A DNA stretch of 64,000 nt from Camelus ferus (taxonomy: Eukaryota), in NCBI RefSeq assembly GCF_009834535.1, contig NC_045707.1, positions 64,172,001 to 64,236,000 on the forward strand. Direction: 5' to 3'. Positions within the stretch are counted from its first letter, which is position 1. Every line of letters starts with the position of its first letter. The notes under the pieces were generated by a model that worked only from the letters and a program-made list of their open reading frames with translations, did not search any database and had not been told where the DNA came from. Shown in pieces: positions 63,200-64,000 of the stretch. Both the position numbers and the translations under genes were made by a program.

Positions 63200-63800
63200 T
63201 TCTCACCACATCCGTATGAGGTAGATACTATTATTATCCTCATTTTGCAGGTAAGAAAATAGAAGTTTAGAGGTTTGGTAATTTGCCCAGAGGCAGACCA
63301 TTGGTATTCGGCAGAACTGGGATTCAAACCTTGACAGTTGCCTCTCAAACCCTGGCTGTGGATCTTGCTTTATTTGGCTTTCCTGTGGTATGTCTATTAA
63401 TACACGTACCATATTTTGTTCATGTGTTTGCCTCTGTGAATGTACTGCAGCTCCTTAAAGGCATCGATTGTTTCTTACTGCCTTTATGTCCCCAGTGCCT
63501 GTCACAGTGTTTGGTACATAATAGGCACTCACTAAACTGTAACTAAAAATAATACTCAGATTTATCAAGAGCTTACTATATGCCTAAAAATATTCTAAAT
63601 ACTTTGTATAGAGTAACTCATTTAATCCAGAACAACCCTCTTAGGTTAGTACTATTATTAGACCCATTTTTATAGAGGAAGAAATCAGGGTCTAATGAAA
63701 TTAACTACTTCTTCTCAGGTCAAGTAGCTGGTAAGTGGAGACAGATTTAGGCTTAAGTGACTCAAAACCTGTGTCCCTTATGTCATATCATCTTGCTCTA
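63200..63800. mobile_element. Cluster of MIR and L2 fragments
   Basis: attatcctcattttgcag..., cccagtgcctgtcacagtgtttggtacataataggcactc, cccatttttatagaggaagaaatc. Confidence 0.6.
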
Positions 63801-64000
63801 CCCTAGAATGTTGTTGGGAGAAATCGATTAGGAAATGAACATGAATGTGCCTTTTGCATAGTCAGGCACATATTAGGATGTTTTATGGTAAATATTTTAT
63901 GGTATCAATTGTGCAAAGAACTGTGTCAGTCAAGAAAGGCAGGAAAACAAAAACTCTTTTAAAGCTATTTCAAACAATGGAAATACAATACAAAGAATTG

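Noticed and set aside
1..64000. CRISPR arrays, operons or other prokaryotic/phage systems
   Set aside because: The sequence is intron- and retroposon-rich mammalian DNA; I saw no regularly spaced repeat-spacer array or dense ORF organisation.

Overview
Mammalian genomic DNA, most likely camelid, judging by several copies of a tRNA-derived Vic-1-like SINE and by artiodactyl-type L1 ends. It is repeat-rich (L1, L2, MIR, MER/MLT, LTRs, microsatellites). It holds one complete protein-coding gene on the + strand: tetraspanin-8 (TSPAN8), with 8 GT-AG, phase-0 coding exons from 35474 to 61293 and a predicted 251-aa product. The first ~34 kb is upstream non-coding DNA. I see no prokaryote-type system and no second gene. 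The most interesting signals are lineage-specific changes to TSPAN8: (1) the ancestral stop codon appears lost, adding a 13-aa Cys-containing cytoplasmic tail, together with loss of the juxtamembrane YCQI motif; (2) a solo ERV1-type LTR with a perfect 4-bp TSD is inserted antisense right at the core promoter; (3) the N-glycosylation sequon is shifted; (4) the poly(A) signal is degenerate; (5) there is a 16-codon uORF; (6) a promoter-like GC-box/CCAAT/CRE island lies ~20 kb upstream. Comparisons with human and cattle TSPAN8 are from memory and need alignment to confirm. Repeat boundaries and family names are approximate.
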